Shown here piece after piece: positions 52,897 through 64,000 of a stretch of 64,000 bases of DNA (the first letter of the stretch is position 1; every line of letters starts with the position of its first letter). Source of the stretch: Pseudomonadales bacterium (GTDB lineage: Bacteria > Pseudomonadota > Gammaproteobacteria > Pseudomonadales > DC-out160); assembly GCA_019090455.1 (NCBI GenBank), contig JAHRWA010000058.1:1989-65988 (forward strand), read 5' to 3'. Position numbers and translations under genes: made by a program. A model generated the notes under the pieces. It saw nothing but the letters and a program-made list of their open reading frames with translations, had not been told where the DNA came from and did no database searches.

Positions 52897-53874
52897 TTAC
52901 ATGCAAGGAACATTCACCGTAAAACGCCGAGGACCACGCTCTATTTCAACGCTCACATCACCTTCGCAATTCGTTGCCAATTCTTCAAACATATACCTGT
53001 CTCGCTCAATATCACCTAGCATTTCGCCATTAACAGAAAGCACTGTATCCGACGGTTTTAAACCCACAGTCTTTAGCATCTCCATTGGCGCTGTTGATCC
53101 CACTTTATACCCACCACCATCAGCCATGGGAATCACTTCTATGCCCAATTCCTTTAAGGCGGCCCCAGCATCGGTTTGAACATCGGCGTTAATACTGCTG
53201 ACTAACTCACTTGGGGAGGGCAGGTGACCTTGATTGACCAACTGTCCTAAACGAGATTTAGGATCCTTGATTATCTGTCGTTTTGAATTTTTATTCTTAT
53301 TTCGTCGTTTTTTTCTTAGTTTCTTTTTAAGTGCGCGTTTACCGCCAGTACTAGCCAAGCCTGTCTTAGCAATTTTAGGGAAATAAAGCGCCTCTAGCCG
53401 GCCAAGCTGATTGAGAATAATTTTATCGCCATATACCGTTTCAAGTACCGCATTGCCAGGCAGCTTATCGCCGACTTTATATACTTTTCCCGACTTTCCT
53501 TTTTCAGCAACAATAGCGGAAGAATCCACATCTACCCTAGCCATAAAAACACCTTTAAGGACTAGAGGTAGTCGAGTCACCGGCGCTTTGACTTCTTTAT
53601 TTGATTTCGCTACGACTTTTGAAGGTTTTTTACCAACCTCCCCAAACAGGTGCCAACGACGTATTCCTGCGAGACTGACACTTGATACCGCCCTAGTCCC
53701 ACCGGCAACCGTCATCGGCTCAATATTCTCTATTTGCGGATCAGCGGGACCGTCCAAAAAAAGCCATGTGATGTTGGCTACGGTATAGCTAATCAATAGC
53801 ACGAGCACTAAACAAACAAAACCAATTCCACGATCGAACCAAGCATCTGTTGTTATTTTCTGTTGCTGGCTCAC
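52897..53874 (-). CDS. gspC: Type II secretion protein GspC (HR + PDZ)
   Basis: N-terminal TM, HLFG, APVTRLPLVLKGV, YKVGDKLPG, GLKPSDTVLSVNG (PDZ); RBS AGGAG. Confidence 0.9.
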   Translation of the reverse strand: MSQQQKITTDAWFDRGIGFVCLVLVLLISYTVANITWLFLDGPADPQIENIEPMTVAGGTRAVSSVSLAGIRRWHLFGEVGKKPSKVVAKSNKEVKAPVTRLPLVLKGVFMARVDVDSSAIVAEKGKSGKVYKVGDKLPGNAVLETVYGDKIILNQLGRLEALYFPKIAKTGLASTGGKRALKKKLRKKRRNKNKNSKRQIIKDPKSRLGQLVNQGHLPSPSELVSSINADVQTDAGAALKELGIEVIPMADGGGYKVGSTAPMEMLKTVGLKPSDTVLSVNGEMLGDIERDRYMFEELATNCEGDVSVEIERGPRRFTVNVPCM

Positions 53875-54204
53875 CCAACTCTCCTGAGACCTAAATTATT
53901 CTTCATTACCTACCACCATCATGCACCTCATCATCAAACTACGCGTAAGCAGTGATCTCCGGACAAGAATAGGGTCGACATAGAAACCCAGGCGCCCCCC
54001 TTAAAACACTAGCTTACTTAACTCGACCTTAACAGAATCAAGCTTTATTATTCTTAAAAAAATCAACAACTAACATATGGCTTCTGTTCTACCATTTGCC
54101 TCTATTTTCAGTTTCAATATATGCTTGAGGCTTACCCATAAAAACACCCTGCTGCCAGCACCTACCCGCTCTACTCATTTTTTGACGCTGTTTGCTCTTC
54201 GGCC

Positions 54205-54963
54205 CTAAAATAGCTTTTGCTGTATCTCAATCAGTGACTTATCTTCATTTTTCCCCGGCCTCATCTGCCCTGCTAATGCTAGCACTCTTTTCATCACAGA
54301 CAGTTTTGCCCATCCTGTTGGCGCAATCTCTACCGTGCTCAGCACTTTGCCTTCACTTACATCTGTTATCACCAAACCAAGACTCCCTTCACTCTCAGAA
54401 AACAGCCCCTCAATTGCGGGAAATTGAATCACCAAAGGACGACGGCCTTTCGTATAATTCACTTCACCCCCCTTCCAGAACAGCCTACCTTCGGCTTTAT
54501 CTGCGCTCTTCTCAAGAAAATTGACGTCTAAATTCAAATTTTCTAATTCAAACCGCCCGCTGAGTTCCACGTTTTCCGATTTGGTGAACTCATTTATTAT
54601 CGCAGAGCTTATGTGACCTTTCGTATTCTCTACTGAAATAATTCTAGGCGAAACACTGATGCCACCCTCCAATCGAAAGCCCTGACCTCTAATCTGATAA
54701 TGAAATGGGGACTGAAAGAAAAGCAATTTCCATAACCGTAAATGCCAGATCACCCCGATAGTTGGCAAGTTGCCACCACTTTGTCTCGCAACTACACTAG
54801 CCACACCATTCCAAACGGTTCCGGATACCCCCTTCAAAATTATTGGCGAGCTTTCCACCAAATTAACAGTCTGCTTTGCCACCATACTCGCTGGAATGTT
54901 CGCAACAACAAAGGCTACATAGCCCAAGAAACCAATTAAGATGTACCACTTTAGCTTGAACAT
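54205..54963 (-). CDS. gspN: Type II secretion protein GspN
   Basis: N-terminal TM ending NIPA, GVSGTVWNG, IWHLRLWKLL, LFWKGG. Confidence 0.85.
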   Translation of the reverse strand: MFKLKWYILIGFLGYVAFVVANIPASMVAKQTVNLVESSPIILKGVSGTVWNGVASVVARQSGGNLPTIGVIWHLRLWKLLFFQSPFHYQIRGQGFRLEGGISVSPRIISVENTKGHISSAIINEFTKSENVELSGRFELENLNLDVNFLEKSADKAEGRLFWKGGEVNYTKGRRPLVIQFPAIEGLFSESEGSLGLVITDVSEGKVLSTVEIAPTGWAKLSVMKRVLALAGQMRPGKNEDKSLIEIQQKLF

Positions 54964-55240
54964 TCATTACTCTAACTTTTCACGAAGTTTTATAATTCAG
55001 CGATGAGCCTTTCTACGGCATCTTCGCGGGGCCTATGGTCTCTAACCATGCGTGACTTGTAAACTTTATTCGAGGGCAAATTGCCTTTTGATAACACATG
55101 GTAATCTCTAAATAATAGTCGACTTTGTGCACATTACTGTACACCACCTTGAGTCTCGTTATAATTCTGGCCCGACACGGCCGTCAATAAGCCGTATCCA
55201 ATCGCGAATTAAACCCCGATCAAAATTGAGACAACACAAT

Positions 55241-55987
55241 ATGCGTATTAGTTTTATCTTCTGGCTAATTAACTTAAGCCTATGCTCCTCCTGCTTTGCC
55301 ATAAACAATATTGAAAACGAAAGACTGTCCTTGATAGACGAAGGGCTTAGCGGCCAGATTCAAGCTAGCGTTGATGGTAAGAACGGTAATTCAGACAAAG
55401 AATCTTTTGAAGTTGGCGCAAAAGGCATATACAAAATTGATTCTCATATGGTGCTGCTATTAGGTAGCCGGGAGTACGGAAAGTCATTCGATCAAACAGA
55501 TACCGATAATCATTTCATGCATTTTCGCTACGTGAAACAACACCGCGCGTTTAATGCAACTGAGTTTTTTCTACAAAGTGAAAGCAATCCATTTAAGAGG
55601 CTGACGACGCGCTCTTTGGTAGGTGCAGGCACGCGGCTTACCCTGTACGATGAAAAAAAACTAAAACTCATATTGGGCAGTGGCGCTTTCTTTCTACGGG
55701 AAGAAATTGCCGATGAGAACACAGAGGAGTTTTGGCGAGCCAATTTTTACTTTATTTATAAGCACGCTATAAATGATCAAATGAATCTGTTAAATACATT
55801 TTACCTTCAGCCCGTAATCGATGACGTTAGTGATCTCGAAATATTCAACGATTTCTCACTCAACATCAAATTGACTCACTCAATTAAATTAACACTATCC
55901 TTCAAAACCACGCATGACAAAAGACCGCCGCAGGGGGTCGCTAGAACAGATTCAGCCTACAGCACTTCATTTTTATATGCCTTTTGA
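55241..55987 (+). CDS. DUF481-family outer membrane beta-barrel protein
   Basis: Signal peptide from ATG 55241 (CFA|INNIE), GKNGNSDK, HFRY, GAGTRL, HDKRPP, C-terminal YAF. Confidence 0.75.
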   Translation: MRISFIFWLINLSLCSSCFAINNIENERLSLIDEGLSGQIQASVDGKNGNSDKESFEVGAKGIYKIDSHMVLLLGSREYGKSFDQTDTDNHFMHFRYVKQHRAFNATEFFLQSESNPFKRLTTRSLVGAGTRLTLYDEKKLKLILGSGAFFLREEIADENTEEFWRANFYFIYKHAINDQMNLLNTFYLQPVIDDVSDLEIFNDFSLNIKLTHSIKLTLSFKTTHDKRPPQGVARTDSAYSTSFLYAF

Positions 55988-56135
55988 CCAAGAAGAGAGG
56001 CTCGCCCACTGAACTTTCAGGAACGAAAGAGTCCAAAAGAGATTCTCGCAATACTCAAATAGGGCTATGATAGCTTTGATAATTTATTAGACGATCATAA
56101 ACATAATCATTATTAAGAATCTAAGGATCAACAGA

Positions 56136-56690
56136 ATGCGCCGTGGCACCATTATTTCATTTATTTTATCTTTAACCACACTTCTTATCTGCAACAGTGC
56201 GCGGAGTGAAAGCCTCGACACCAGCCTGAGCAATGACTCACTCCGCTTACAATATACCTCTTCATTACAAAGCAATGATCTGAATATCAGCGCCGATTTT
56301 TTACATCATGAAGATGATGGCGACCTAGGAGGTATTGGTCTCTTTGTCAGCGGCAGTTCCAGCCTAAGAAAAAGCGGTGTCGGTGGCAAATTCATTTATT
56401 TTAACAGTGAAAGTATTGACGGTGCGGCCTTAGCTTTGGGTGGTTTTTTTCGCCATACACTGTCAGCTGCGAATTTAATTAGTATTAGAGGGGATTTATA
56501 TTACGCTCCGGGAGTAGTGGCGTTCAATGATGCCGACCGGTATTTCGAGATTAGCTTAAGAATTGAATACAAGCTCATGGATAGAGCAGATATCTTTGTC
56601 GGCGCGAGGAAAGTAGAAATTGGGTTGGATAAAGCGGGGGATGCGGATGTCGACAAGGGTGCTTATGCAGGCCTTATCATTCACTTTTAA
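56136..56690 (+). CDS. YfaZ-family outer membrane protein
   Basis: Signal peptide, LDTSLSNDS, GAALALGG, YYAPGVVAF, FVGARKVE, terminal aromatic HF. Confidence 0.8.
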   Translation: MRRGTIISFILSLTTLLICNSARSESLDTSLSNDSLRLQYTSSLQSNDLNISADFLHHEDDGDLGGIGLFVSGSSSLRKSGVGGKFIYFNSESIDGAALALGGFFRHTLSAANLISIRGDLYYAPGVVAFNDADRYFEISLRIEYKLMDRADIFVGARKVEIGLDKAGDADVDKGAYAGLIIHF

Positions 56691-56714
56691 TTCGTCCATT
56701 TCCGTTTTTTATCC

Positions 56715-56751
56715 AATTAAAAAAGGCTGGATTTACCAGCCTTTTTTAATT
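56715..56751. terminator. Bidirectional rho-independent terminator (YfaZ gene / ssb)
   Basis: AATTAAAAAAGGCTGG-ATTTA-CCAGCCTTTTTTAATT. Confidence 0.9.
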
Positions 56752-56780
56752 CTTTAGGACCGAAAATTTAATCTCAACCT

Positions 56781-57329
56781 CTAGAACGGAATATCATCAT
56801 CAAAATCATCAAAACCCTGACCTGCGTTAGCATTCCCCATCGTCTCAGGCTGCGAACCTCCTTGTGACGATTGTTGTTGTGGAGCCTTATTTTGTCCCGC
56901 AGGTGACTGCTGGTATCCTTGGTTTTGCTGCGCAGCATTTTGAGCGGATCCTTGCTGGAACTCGCCATATCCCTGTTGACCTCCTCCTGCACCTCGGCTA
57001 TCTAACATTTGCATTTCATTGGCCACAATCTCAGTGGTATACCGATCATTACCACTCTGATCTTGCCATTTATTAGTTTGCAAGCGGCCTTCTACATAAA
57101 TCTTGCTACCTTTTTTCAAATACTCTCCAGCGACCTCCGCCAATCGCCTGAAGAATACAATTCGATGCCACTCTGTTTTTTCCTGCATTTGACCAGACTG
57201 GTCTTTCCAAGTCTCGCTGGTCGCTAACGTCACGTTAGTTACCGCATTGCCATTAGGCATATACCGAGTTTCCGGATCCTTCCCTAAATTCCCTACCAAA
57301 ATAACTTTGTTGACGCCTCGACTGGCCAT
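56781..57329 (-). CDS. ssb: Single-stranded DNA-binding protein
   Basis: [24 protein letters not shown]-terminal DFDDDIPF. Confidence 0.99.
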   Translation of the reverse strand: MASRGVNKVILVGNLGKDPETRYMPNGNAVTNVTLATSETWKDQSGQMQEKTEWHRIVFFRRLAEVAGEYLKKGSKIYVEGRLQTNKWQDQSGNDRYTTEIVANEMQMLDSRGAGGGQQGYGEFQQGSAQNAAQQNQGYQQSPAGQNKAPQQQSSQGGSQPETMGNANAGQGFDDFDDDIPF

Positions 57330-57519
57330 ATCGTTTCCTCGTTTTTTGCAAAATTCTCGGTATGTTCTATCCTACCGCCTTTTAACATTAACCTCAGCAC
57401 TCTTTGATCAATCGTTTCTACCCAACAAGGCCACAAAGCGTAGCTCACTTGGATGCAGATCACCCAGCAACTCTGATTGCTTACATATAGCGGGCTGGCA
57501 TGGAACGCTGAGCCTTGTG

Positions 57520-58917
57520 CTAATCCAGTTTTGTCGTTAACTGCGTCATCGTCAATTTTTGCAGGGACAAATAATCTAAAGTTTGCTTGTCAACTTTTAG
57601 ATAAGCCGCATTTTCCTCGATAATGACGACAGCCTCCTCCACTCCCACAACTGCAAGCAACTTATTTAACAGTTGCTCCGTATTGACGAGCAAAGCGTTA
57701 TCTATTTTCAATAAATAAGATTGTAAAAATCGGGGCTGCTCCATAGATAACACAATTAGCAACCATATCACCATCAACCCAGAGCCAACCAAAAACACGG
57801 CACCGGGCCCCCAAATTCCGTACACGACTCCACCCATTGTACCGCCAGCAAAAGCACCGAAAAACTGAGCGCTAGAATACACTCCCATACACGTCCCTTT
57901 ACTACCTGCCGGCGCTATTTTACTAACTAGGGATGGCAACATTGCTTCCAACAAATTAAATGCCATAAAGTACACGAACAAGGCAAAACAAAAGAGCCAT
58001 AATCGATCATGCATTAAAAACATACCCAAGAGCCCCAACATCAACATAGTCACAGCGAGCACAAAGACTTCTCTAATTTTCTTTCGTTTTTCAGCTAATA
58101 TCATCAATGGAAGCATCGCGACGAAAGAGGCAATCAATACGGGCAAATACACCATCCAATGCCTCTCTAAATTCAACTGAAACTGATTAACCAAAACTAA
58201 GGGCAAAACAACAAAGCAAGCGGTCATAACCAGATGCAACAAAAAAATACCGACATCCAATCTCAACAATTCTCTATGGCCTAAAACCTTTTTAAATTCA
58301 CTCACTTCTGCTTTCGAGTCTCTATGCACGATTTTAATAGCAGGAGTTGGTACAACCCAGTAACAAATACCAATGCCCACCACCGCCATGCTAGACGTAA
58401 CCCAAAACAGCCCTGATAATCCCACATAGCTTGTGAGTATCGGACCAATAACCAATGCCAAAGAAAATGAGGCACCGATACTCATACCCACTATCGCCAT
58501 CGCTTTCGTTCTATTTTCTTCTCTTGTAACGTCCCCAAGCAAAGCCATAATTGCACTGGCAATAGCACCTGCCCCTTGAATTCCACGTCCCGCAATTACA
58601 CCGTAAATAGTTTCGGCCTGAGCTGCCACTCCTCCTCCTATCGCGAATAAAATAAGTCCGCCGAAGATAACCGGTTTGCGACCAATACGGTCAGACAATA
58701 ATCCAAATGGGATTTGGAAAATGGCTTGTGTTAATCCATAAACCCCAATAGCAAAGCCCACTAATCCGGGATCAGCCCCTTTGAGCCCACCACCGTAAAG
58801 AGAAAAAACAGGCAACACCATAAAGAGTCCGAGCATTCGCAGTGAAAATAGACTCGCCAAAGAGAGTGCAGCTACTTTTTCACCAGAAGTCATTACTACT
58901 GTGTCGGAGAGTTCCAT
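57520..58917 (-). CDS. MFS transporter, YajR-like
   Basis: LRMLGLFMVLPV, GLLSDRIGRKP, FNLLEAMLPSL, C-terminal YAM-like EEAVV...AYLKVD; ssb-MFS-uvrA synteny. Confidence 0.9.
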   Translation of the reverse strand: MELSDTVVMTSGEKVAALSLASLFSLRMLGLFMVLPVFSLYGGGLKGADPGLVGFAIGVYGLTQAIFQIPFGLLSDRIGRKPVIFGGLILFAIGGGVAAQAETIYGVIAGRGIQGAGAIASAIMALLGDVTREENRTKAMAIVGMSIGASFSLALVIGPILTSYVGLSGLFWVTSSMAVVGIGICYWVVPTPAIKIVHRDSKAEVSEFKKVLGHRELLRLDVGIFLLHLVMTACFVVLPLVLVNQFQLNLERHWMVYLPVLIASFVAMLPLMILAEKRKKIREVFVLAVTMLMLGLLGMFLMHDRLWLFCFALFVYFMAFNLLEAMLPSLVSKIAPAGSKGTCMGVYSSAQFFGAFAGGTMGGVVYGIWGPGAVFLVGSGLMVIWLLIVLSMEQPRFLQSYLLKIDNALLVNTEQLLNKLLAVVGVEEAVVIIEENAAYLKVDKQTLDYLSLQKLTMTQLTTKLD

Positions 58918-59342
58918 ATATTTAGGGCGTAGTTTCCAGAAAAATCGAGCGCGAATTTTAGCAATTATGGGCAGTACTAGATACTCCTAAAAACGCAACT
59001 TGCTATCTGAGAAAACAAACACACAATCGACCAGTCACTCTCTTAGAGGTAAATGCGCTTAATAAATAACTTGGAAAAATTACGAAGCCACACTACTGCA
59101 CTACTATCAACACACTAATAAAACCTTGAATTAATTATTGTTTTATAATTCTTTCCAAGAATAACCAACCATCCACATGTCGCTCAACTCGAGGAAAGAA
59201 AATGTGAAAAGCCCCCCAACAAATAACTCCTAATATTTGATGAATCCTAGTCCTTGCTCATCCACACATTTGCCTGCTAATACTGTATATTTGTATACTA
59301 CATTGCCACAAAAAATTGAGCCAAATCAGGACCTATACGTGA

Positions 59343-62174
59343 ATGGATAAAATTATTGTCCGTGGAGCCAGAACCCACAATCTAAAGAATATCGATATTG
59401 AAATACCAAGAAATAAACTTGTCGTTATTACCGGCCTATCTGGATCTGGAAAGTCATCTTTAGCTTTCGATACACTCTACGCCGAAGGGCAAAGACGCTA
59501 CGTAGAATCCTTATCTACTTACGCAAGACAGTTCTTGTCTTTGATGGAAAAGCCTGACGTTGACCACATTGAGGGCTTATCCCCTGCCATCGCAATTGAG
59601 CAAAAATCCACTTCACACAACCCGCGATCAACCGTGGGTACCGTCACCGAAATTTACGACTATCTACGACTGCTGTACTCAAGAGTGGGCCAACCTCACT
59701 GCCCGACACATGGCACGAAACTCGAAGCCCAATCAATTAGTCAGATGGTAGACCAAATACTTAACCTACCTGAAGGTTCTAAAATCATGCTATTGGCCCC
59801 CATAATCACAGATAAAAAAGGGGGACATCGAAGCACTTTAGAAGAACTTGCTGCCCAAGGATATATTCGAGCCAGGATCGACGGAACTATTACTGATCTA
59901 GATCAGTTGCCGAATTTGCGAAAGAGCCAAAAACACACAATCGAGGTTGTCATTGACCGCTTTAAAGTTCGACAGGACATTAAAACACGACTGGCCGATT
60001 CACTTGAAACAACGCTAAATTTAAGCGACGGGATCGCAATAGCAACAAGCCTAGATAAGAGCAGCAACATCGAGCACCTCTTTTCTACACGATATTCATG
60101 TACAAAGTGCGGACATAACCTTCCCGAACTTGAGCCAAGACTATTCTCATTTAACAACCCAAACGGAGCCTGCACCACATGTGACGGGTTAGGATCCCAT
60201 CGTATTTTCGATGCAAACCTGATTGTGGCTAATCAAGATATCAGCATCGCGGAAGGCGCGATTAGAGGGTGGGATAGACGAAATAGCTATTATTTTCAAA
60301 TGCTATCTTCGCTAGCAGCACACTATCAATTCGACATTGAACAGCCCTATAGGTTATTAAGCGTCGCAGCTCACCACGCAATACTTCACGGTAGCGACGG
60401 AATAGAAATTAGTTTTAATTATTTAAATGATAGGGGCGATACAATCGCAAGAAAACACCCATTTGAAGGTATTATCCCTATCATGGAGCGTAGATATAGA
60501 GAAACGGAATCTCAAGCTGTACGTGAAGATTTAGGAACGTATATTAGCCACACCACATGCGGAGAATGCAAAGGATCTCGTATCAACGAAAACGCTCGAC
60601 ACGTCCTAATAAACGGAAAGCCATTACCCGAAATAACCCAATACTCAATCAAGCAAACATTAGAATATTTCTGCGCGATCAGACTAGATGGAGCTCGCCG
60701 CAAAATTGGAGAACAAATCATTAAGGAAGTGATGAGCAGACTACGCTTCTTAGTGAATGTAGGGCTTGAATACCTCTCGTTGCACCGAAGTGCCGGGAGC
60801 CTTTCTGGTGGAGAAGCCCAACGAATCAGACTAGCGAGCCAGATCGGAGCTGGCCTTGTAGGCGTAATGTACATTTTGGATGAGCCATCTATCGGTCTCC
60901 ACCAGAGAGACAATGAACGACTGCTGGAGACGCTCATGCACCTAAGGGACATGGGAAATACGGTTATAGTTGTCGAACACGATGAGGAAACTATACGAGA
61001 GGCGGATTATATAATCGATATTGGTCCAGGAGCTGGAGTACACGGAGGTCAAATAATTTCCGAAGGCAACCTAAGAGACATCATAAAATGCCAGAAATCA
61101 ATCACTGGGCATTTTTTATCAGGAAAACGAAAAATATCACTCCCCTCTAAATTATATTCGTTTAACAACAAACGCGTCCTCAGCATTATTAGTGCTAGCG
61201 GAAATAATTTGAAGGAAGTTGACCTACATATTCCAATCGGTTTATTTACCTGCATTACGGGCGTATCAGGCTCTGGTAAATCCACACTAATAAATCAAAC
61301 TCTCCACCCTATTGTCACAAACAGCATCTACGGAAACAATCAAAAGACAGCGCCTTACAAAAGCTACTCAGGAACACAACATTTTGACAAAGTAGTTGAC
61401 ATAGATCAAAACCCAATAGGTCGCACACCAAGATCAAATCCAGCCACCTATACTGGGATGTTCACAGCAATTCGCGAGCTCTTTTCTGGCACCGCTGAAG
61501 CTCGATCCCGAGGGTATAAACCTGGTAGATTTAGCTTCAACATTAAAGGGGGGAGATGTGAAGCTTGCCAAGGCGGTGGATTAATCAAAGTTGAAATGCA
61601 CTTTCTTCCCGATATATATGTACCTTGTGACACTTGCAATGGTAAAAGATATAATCGAGAAACATTAGACATAAACTATAAAGGAAAAAATATAAATCAA
61701 GTATTAGAAATGACAGTGGAAAATGCTTATGAATTCTTTTCCGCAATACCAGTTATCACTAAAAAATTGTGCAGCTTAATAGATGTGGGGCTTTCATATA
61801 TTACGCTAGGCCAGCCTGCAACAACCCTTTCTGGCGGGGAAGCACAGAGAGTAAAAATCTCAAAAGAATTATCAAAACGAGATACTGGGAGAACCTTGTA
61901 CATCCTAGACGAACCTACAACAGGCCTACATTTCCATGACATTAATCAATTACTTGCGGTACTGTTTAGACTGAGGGACCAAGGAAATACTGTTATAGTA
62001 ATTGAGCATAACTTAGATGTAATTAAAACAGCTGACTGGGTGATAGATCTCGGCCCTGAAGGCGGATTGAATGGAGGCCAAATAGTAGCCCAAGATACAC
62101 CAACGAATATAGCCTCTATTATCGAGTCACATACTGGCAGGTACCTGGCACCACTCCTTAATCAAAAACCCTAA
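59343..62174 (+). CDS. uvrA: Excinuclease ABC subunit A
   Basis: [23 protein letters not shown], two LSGGEAQR motifs, Zn fingers, GVSGSGKS. Confidence 0.98.
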   Translation: MDKIIVRGARTHNLKNIDIEIPRNKLVVITGLSGSGKSSLAFDTLYAEGQRRYVESLSTYARQFLSLMEKPDVDHIEGLSPAIAIEQKSTSHNPRSTVGTVTEIYDYLRLLYSRVGQPHCPTHGTKLEAQSISQMVDQILNLPEGSKIMLLAPIITDKKGGHRSTLEELAAQGYIRARIDGTITDLDQLPNLRKSQKHTIEVVIDRFKVRQDIKTRLADSLETTLNLSDGIAIATSLDKSSNIEHLFSTRYSCTKCGHNLPELEPRLFSFNNPNGACTTCDGLGSHRIFDANLIVANQDISIAEGAIRGWDRRNSYYFQMLSSLAAHYQFDIEQPYRLLSVAAHHAILHGSDGIEISFNYLNDRGDTIARKHPFEGIIPIMERRYRETESQAVREDLGTYISHTTCGECKGSRINENARHVLINGKPLPEITQYSIKQTLEYFCAIRLDGARRKIGEQIIKEVMSRLRFLVNVGLEYLSLHRSAGSLSGGEAQRIRLASQIGAGLVGVMYILDEPSIGLHQRDNERLLETLMHLRDMGNTVIVVEHDEETIREADYIIDIGPGAGVHGGQIISEGNLRDIIKCQKSITGHFLSGKRKISLPSKLYSFNNKRVLSIISASGNNLKEVDLHIPIGLFTCITGVSGSGKSTLINQTLHPIVTNSIYGNNQKTAPYKSYSGTQHFDKVVDIDQNPIGRTPRSNPATYTGMFTAIRELFSGTAEARSRGYKPGRFSFNIKGGRCEACQGGGLIKVEMHFLPDIYVPCDTCNGKRYNRETLDINYKGKNINQVLEMTVENAYEFFSAIPVITKKLCSLIDVGLSYITLGQPATTLSGGEAQRVKISKELSKRDTGRTLYILDEPTTGLHFHDINQLLAVLFRLRDQGNTVIVIEHNLDVIKTADWVIDLGPEGGLNGGQIVAQDTPTNIASIIESHTGRYLAPLLNQKP

Positions 62175-62252
62175 CACTAAGGAAAAACCTGTACTTCCTG
62201 AACATATGAATAAACCAAGATATCTCAGATTATTCATATATATCAGCATAAT

Positions 62253-62648
62253 TCACTCACTCTCGGAAGCAATATCCTTCTCTTCTAGCACAGGCCGATC
62301 AACTAACTCTACATATGCCATTGGTGCATTATCTCCGCTTCTGAATCCGCATTTTAATATCCTGATATACCCTCCAGGCCTTTCAATATATCGCGGACCC
62401 AATTCTACGAAAAGCTTTCCTACTGCATCTTTACTACGCGTCCGTGAAAATGCCAGCCTTCTATTTGCTACTGTATCACTCTTTGCCAGAGTGATGAGTG
62501 GCTCAGCAAAACGGCGAAGCTCCTTAGCCTTAGGTAGAGTAGTACGAATAACTTCATGCTCCACCAATGACACAGTCATATTTCGAAACATGGCTTTGCG
62601 GTGACTACTATTGCGATTTAACTGGCGACCGCTATTACGATGACGCAT
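62253..62648 (-). CDS. rplQ: 50S ribosomal protein L17
   Basis: [24 protein letters not shown]. Confidence 0.99.
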   Translation of the reverse strand: MRHRNSGRQLNRNSSHRKAMFRNMTVSLVEHEVIRTTLPKAKELRRFAEPLITLAKSDTVANRRLAFSRTRSKDAVGKLFVELGPRYIERPGGYIRILKCGFRSGDNAPMAYVELVDRPVLEEKDIASESE

Positions 62649-62717
62649 CGTTTTCTTTCCTTACAACTGTAGTCGTATTCCAAATAACTACTTAGAATAC
62701 GACGGGTTTATATCTTC

Positions 62718-63725
62718 TTATCTAAGCTTCAAATTAAGGCGTTCATCGTCCCTCAAACTGCCAGGAGGCCAGTTTTCTAGACGCATACCAAGAGACAATC
62801 CTTTGGAAGCCAAAACATCCTTGATTTCCGTCAACGACTTCTTACCCAGGTTTGGTGTTTTTAACAGCTCCACTTCCGTACGTTGGACAAGGTCGCCAAT
62901 ATAATAAATATTCTCAGCCTTAAGACAATTTGCTGATCGAACAGTAAGTTCAAGGTCATCGACAGGGCGCAACAGAATGGGATCAATTAACTCCCTTTCT
63001 TCTTCCTCGACGGGTTCTCTGTCCTGTTCAAAATCTACAAAAACAGAGAGCTGTTTTTGTAGAATAGTTGCAGCACGCCGAATCGCTTCTTCGGGATCTA
63101 TCGTTCCATTTGTTTCTAAGTCAATAACCAACTTATCCAAATTAGTCCGCTGCTCAACCCTAGCACTCTCGACGACGTACGCTACCTTATGCACAGGACT
63201 AAATGATGCGTCCAATGGCAACCGACCTATAGCGCCAGTCTCCTCTTCTGCGTCCCCCCGCGCATCAGCCGGTTGGTAGCCTCTGCCTTTAGTAACCTTA
63301 AGACGCATCCGAATCTCACCGTTATCGTTAAGATGCGCAATCACATGATCAGGATTGGCAATCTCAACATCGTGATCTAGCTGAATGTCGGCTCCAGTGA
63401 CAGGCCCTGGACCGGCTTTAACCAGTTCTAGAGTCGCCTCCTCCCTCTCATTCATGATCACACTCAACCCTTTGAGATTAAGAAGAATATCAATAACATC
63501 CTCCTGTATCCCCTCGAGAGTACTGTACTCGTGCAATACACCTTCAATTTCCGCTTCCACCACAGCAGCACCAGGCATACTCGACAGTAAAATACGACGT
63601 AATGCATTACCTAGCGTGTGACCAAAACCTCGTTCTAAAGGTTCTAGCGTGACTTTGGCCTTGCGATTTGTTATTTGCTGGACTCCGATCGTGCGAGGAG
63701 TCAAAAATTCGTTCACCCGCTGCAT
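62718..63725 (-). CDS. rpoA: RNA polymerase alpha subunit
   Basis: [45 protein letters not shown]. Confidence 0.99.
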   Translation of the reverse strand: MQRVNEFLTPRTIGVQQITNRKAKVTLEPLERGFGHTLGNALRRILLSSMPGAAVVEAEIEGVLHEYSTLEGIQEDVIDILLNLKGLSVIMNEREEATLELVKAGPGPVTGADIQLDHDVEIANPDHVIAHLNDNGEIRMRLKVTKGRGYQPADARGDAEEETGAIGRLPLDASFSPVHKVAYVVESARVEQRTNLDKLVIDLETNGTIDPEEAIRRAATILQKQLSVFVDFEQDREPVEEEERELIDPILLRPVDDLELTVRSANCLKAENIYYIGDLVQRTEVELLKTPNLGKKSLTEIKDVLASKGLSLGMRLENWPPGSLRDDERLNLKLR

Positions 63726-63745
63726 AGGTGTTCCTCAAGCTGATC

Positions 63746-64000
63746 TTACTTCGAATAAAGCTCTACAATTAAGTTCTCGTTGATTTCAGAAGGCAGGTCC
63801 ATTCGTTCTGGTAGTGCACGAAATACACCCTCTTTCTTACTTTTATCAACATCGATCCATGGAGCAAAGCCTCTTTGCTCCGCTAAGTCTAGAGCCGCTT
63901 GTATGCGAAGCTGGTTTTTGGCTTTTTCCCTTACCGAGACCACATCGCCAGGTGACACTTGGTAAGATGCGACATTAACGGTCACACCATTTACTTGTAT
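63746..64000 (-). CDS. rpsD: 30S ribosomal protein S4 (5' part outside the window)
   Basis: [26 protein letters not shown]...[12 protein letters not shown]; upstream of rpoA. Confidence 0.97.
   Translation of the reverse strand: MQVNGVTVNVASYQVSPGDVVSVREKAKNQLRIQAALDLAEQRGFAPWIDVDKSKKEGVFRALPERMDLPSEINENLIVELYSK

Noticed and set aside
59343-62174. A-rich codon usage of uvrA as a sign of horizontal transfer
   Set aside because: The ssb-MFS-uvrA-rplQ order is normal for this group; strand bias on an oppositely oriented gene is a simpler explanation. Not quantified.
62204-62239. AT-rich inverted repeat between uvrA and rplQ as a terminator
   Set aside because: Weak AT-only stem with a long loop and no U-tract.

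Overview
Core-genome window from a gammaproteobacterium. The gene order (ilvIHC, clpB-pgeF-rluD/bamD, nadE-pilSR, fimU-pilVWXY1E, ispH-fkpB-lspA-ileS-ribF-murJ, rpsT, proB-obgE-rpmA-rplU, ispB, ssb-MFS-uvrA, rplQ-rpoA-rpsD) is Pseudomonadales/Oceanospirillales/Cellvibrionales-like. Most genes, including the ribosomal protein operons, are on the minus strand. I found no tRNA, rRNA, CRISPR array, transposase or integrase. The accessory stretch at about 36-57 kb holds the most interesting material. (1) An uncharacterised Ser/Thr-phosphorylation locus at 42.8-50.4 kb encodes a TagH-like FHA protein, a PP2C phosphatase, a small single-TM protein, an exported Sel1-repeat/caspase (peptidase C14) lipoprotein with an intact His/Cys dyad, a transmembrane Hanks kinase and a convergent kinase-less membrane protein sharing the kinase's periplasmic helical domain. 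No T6SS structural genes are in the window, and the locus lies directly downstream of an isolated gspN-gspC-gspD cluster. (2) A non-coding element at about 37.9-38.15 kb has three DnaA boxes in the E. coli DARS core geometry, plus a consensus IHF site and two more DnaA boxes. (3) A multi-stem candidate RNA lies upstream of ilvI. All calls come from reading the sequence and translations by eye; no database searches were run.
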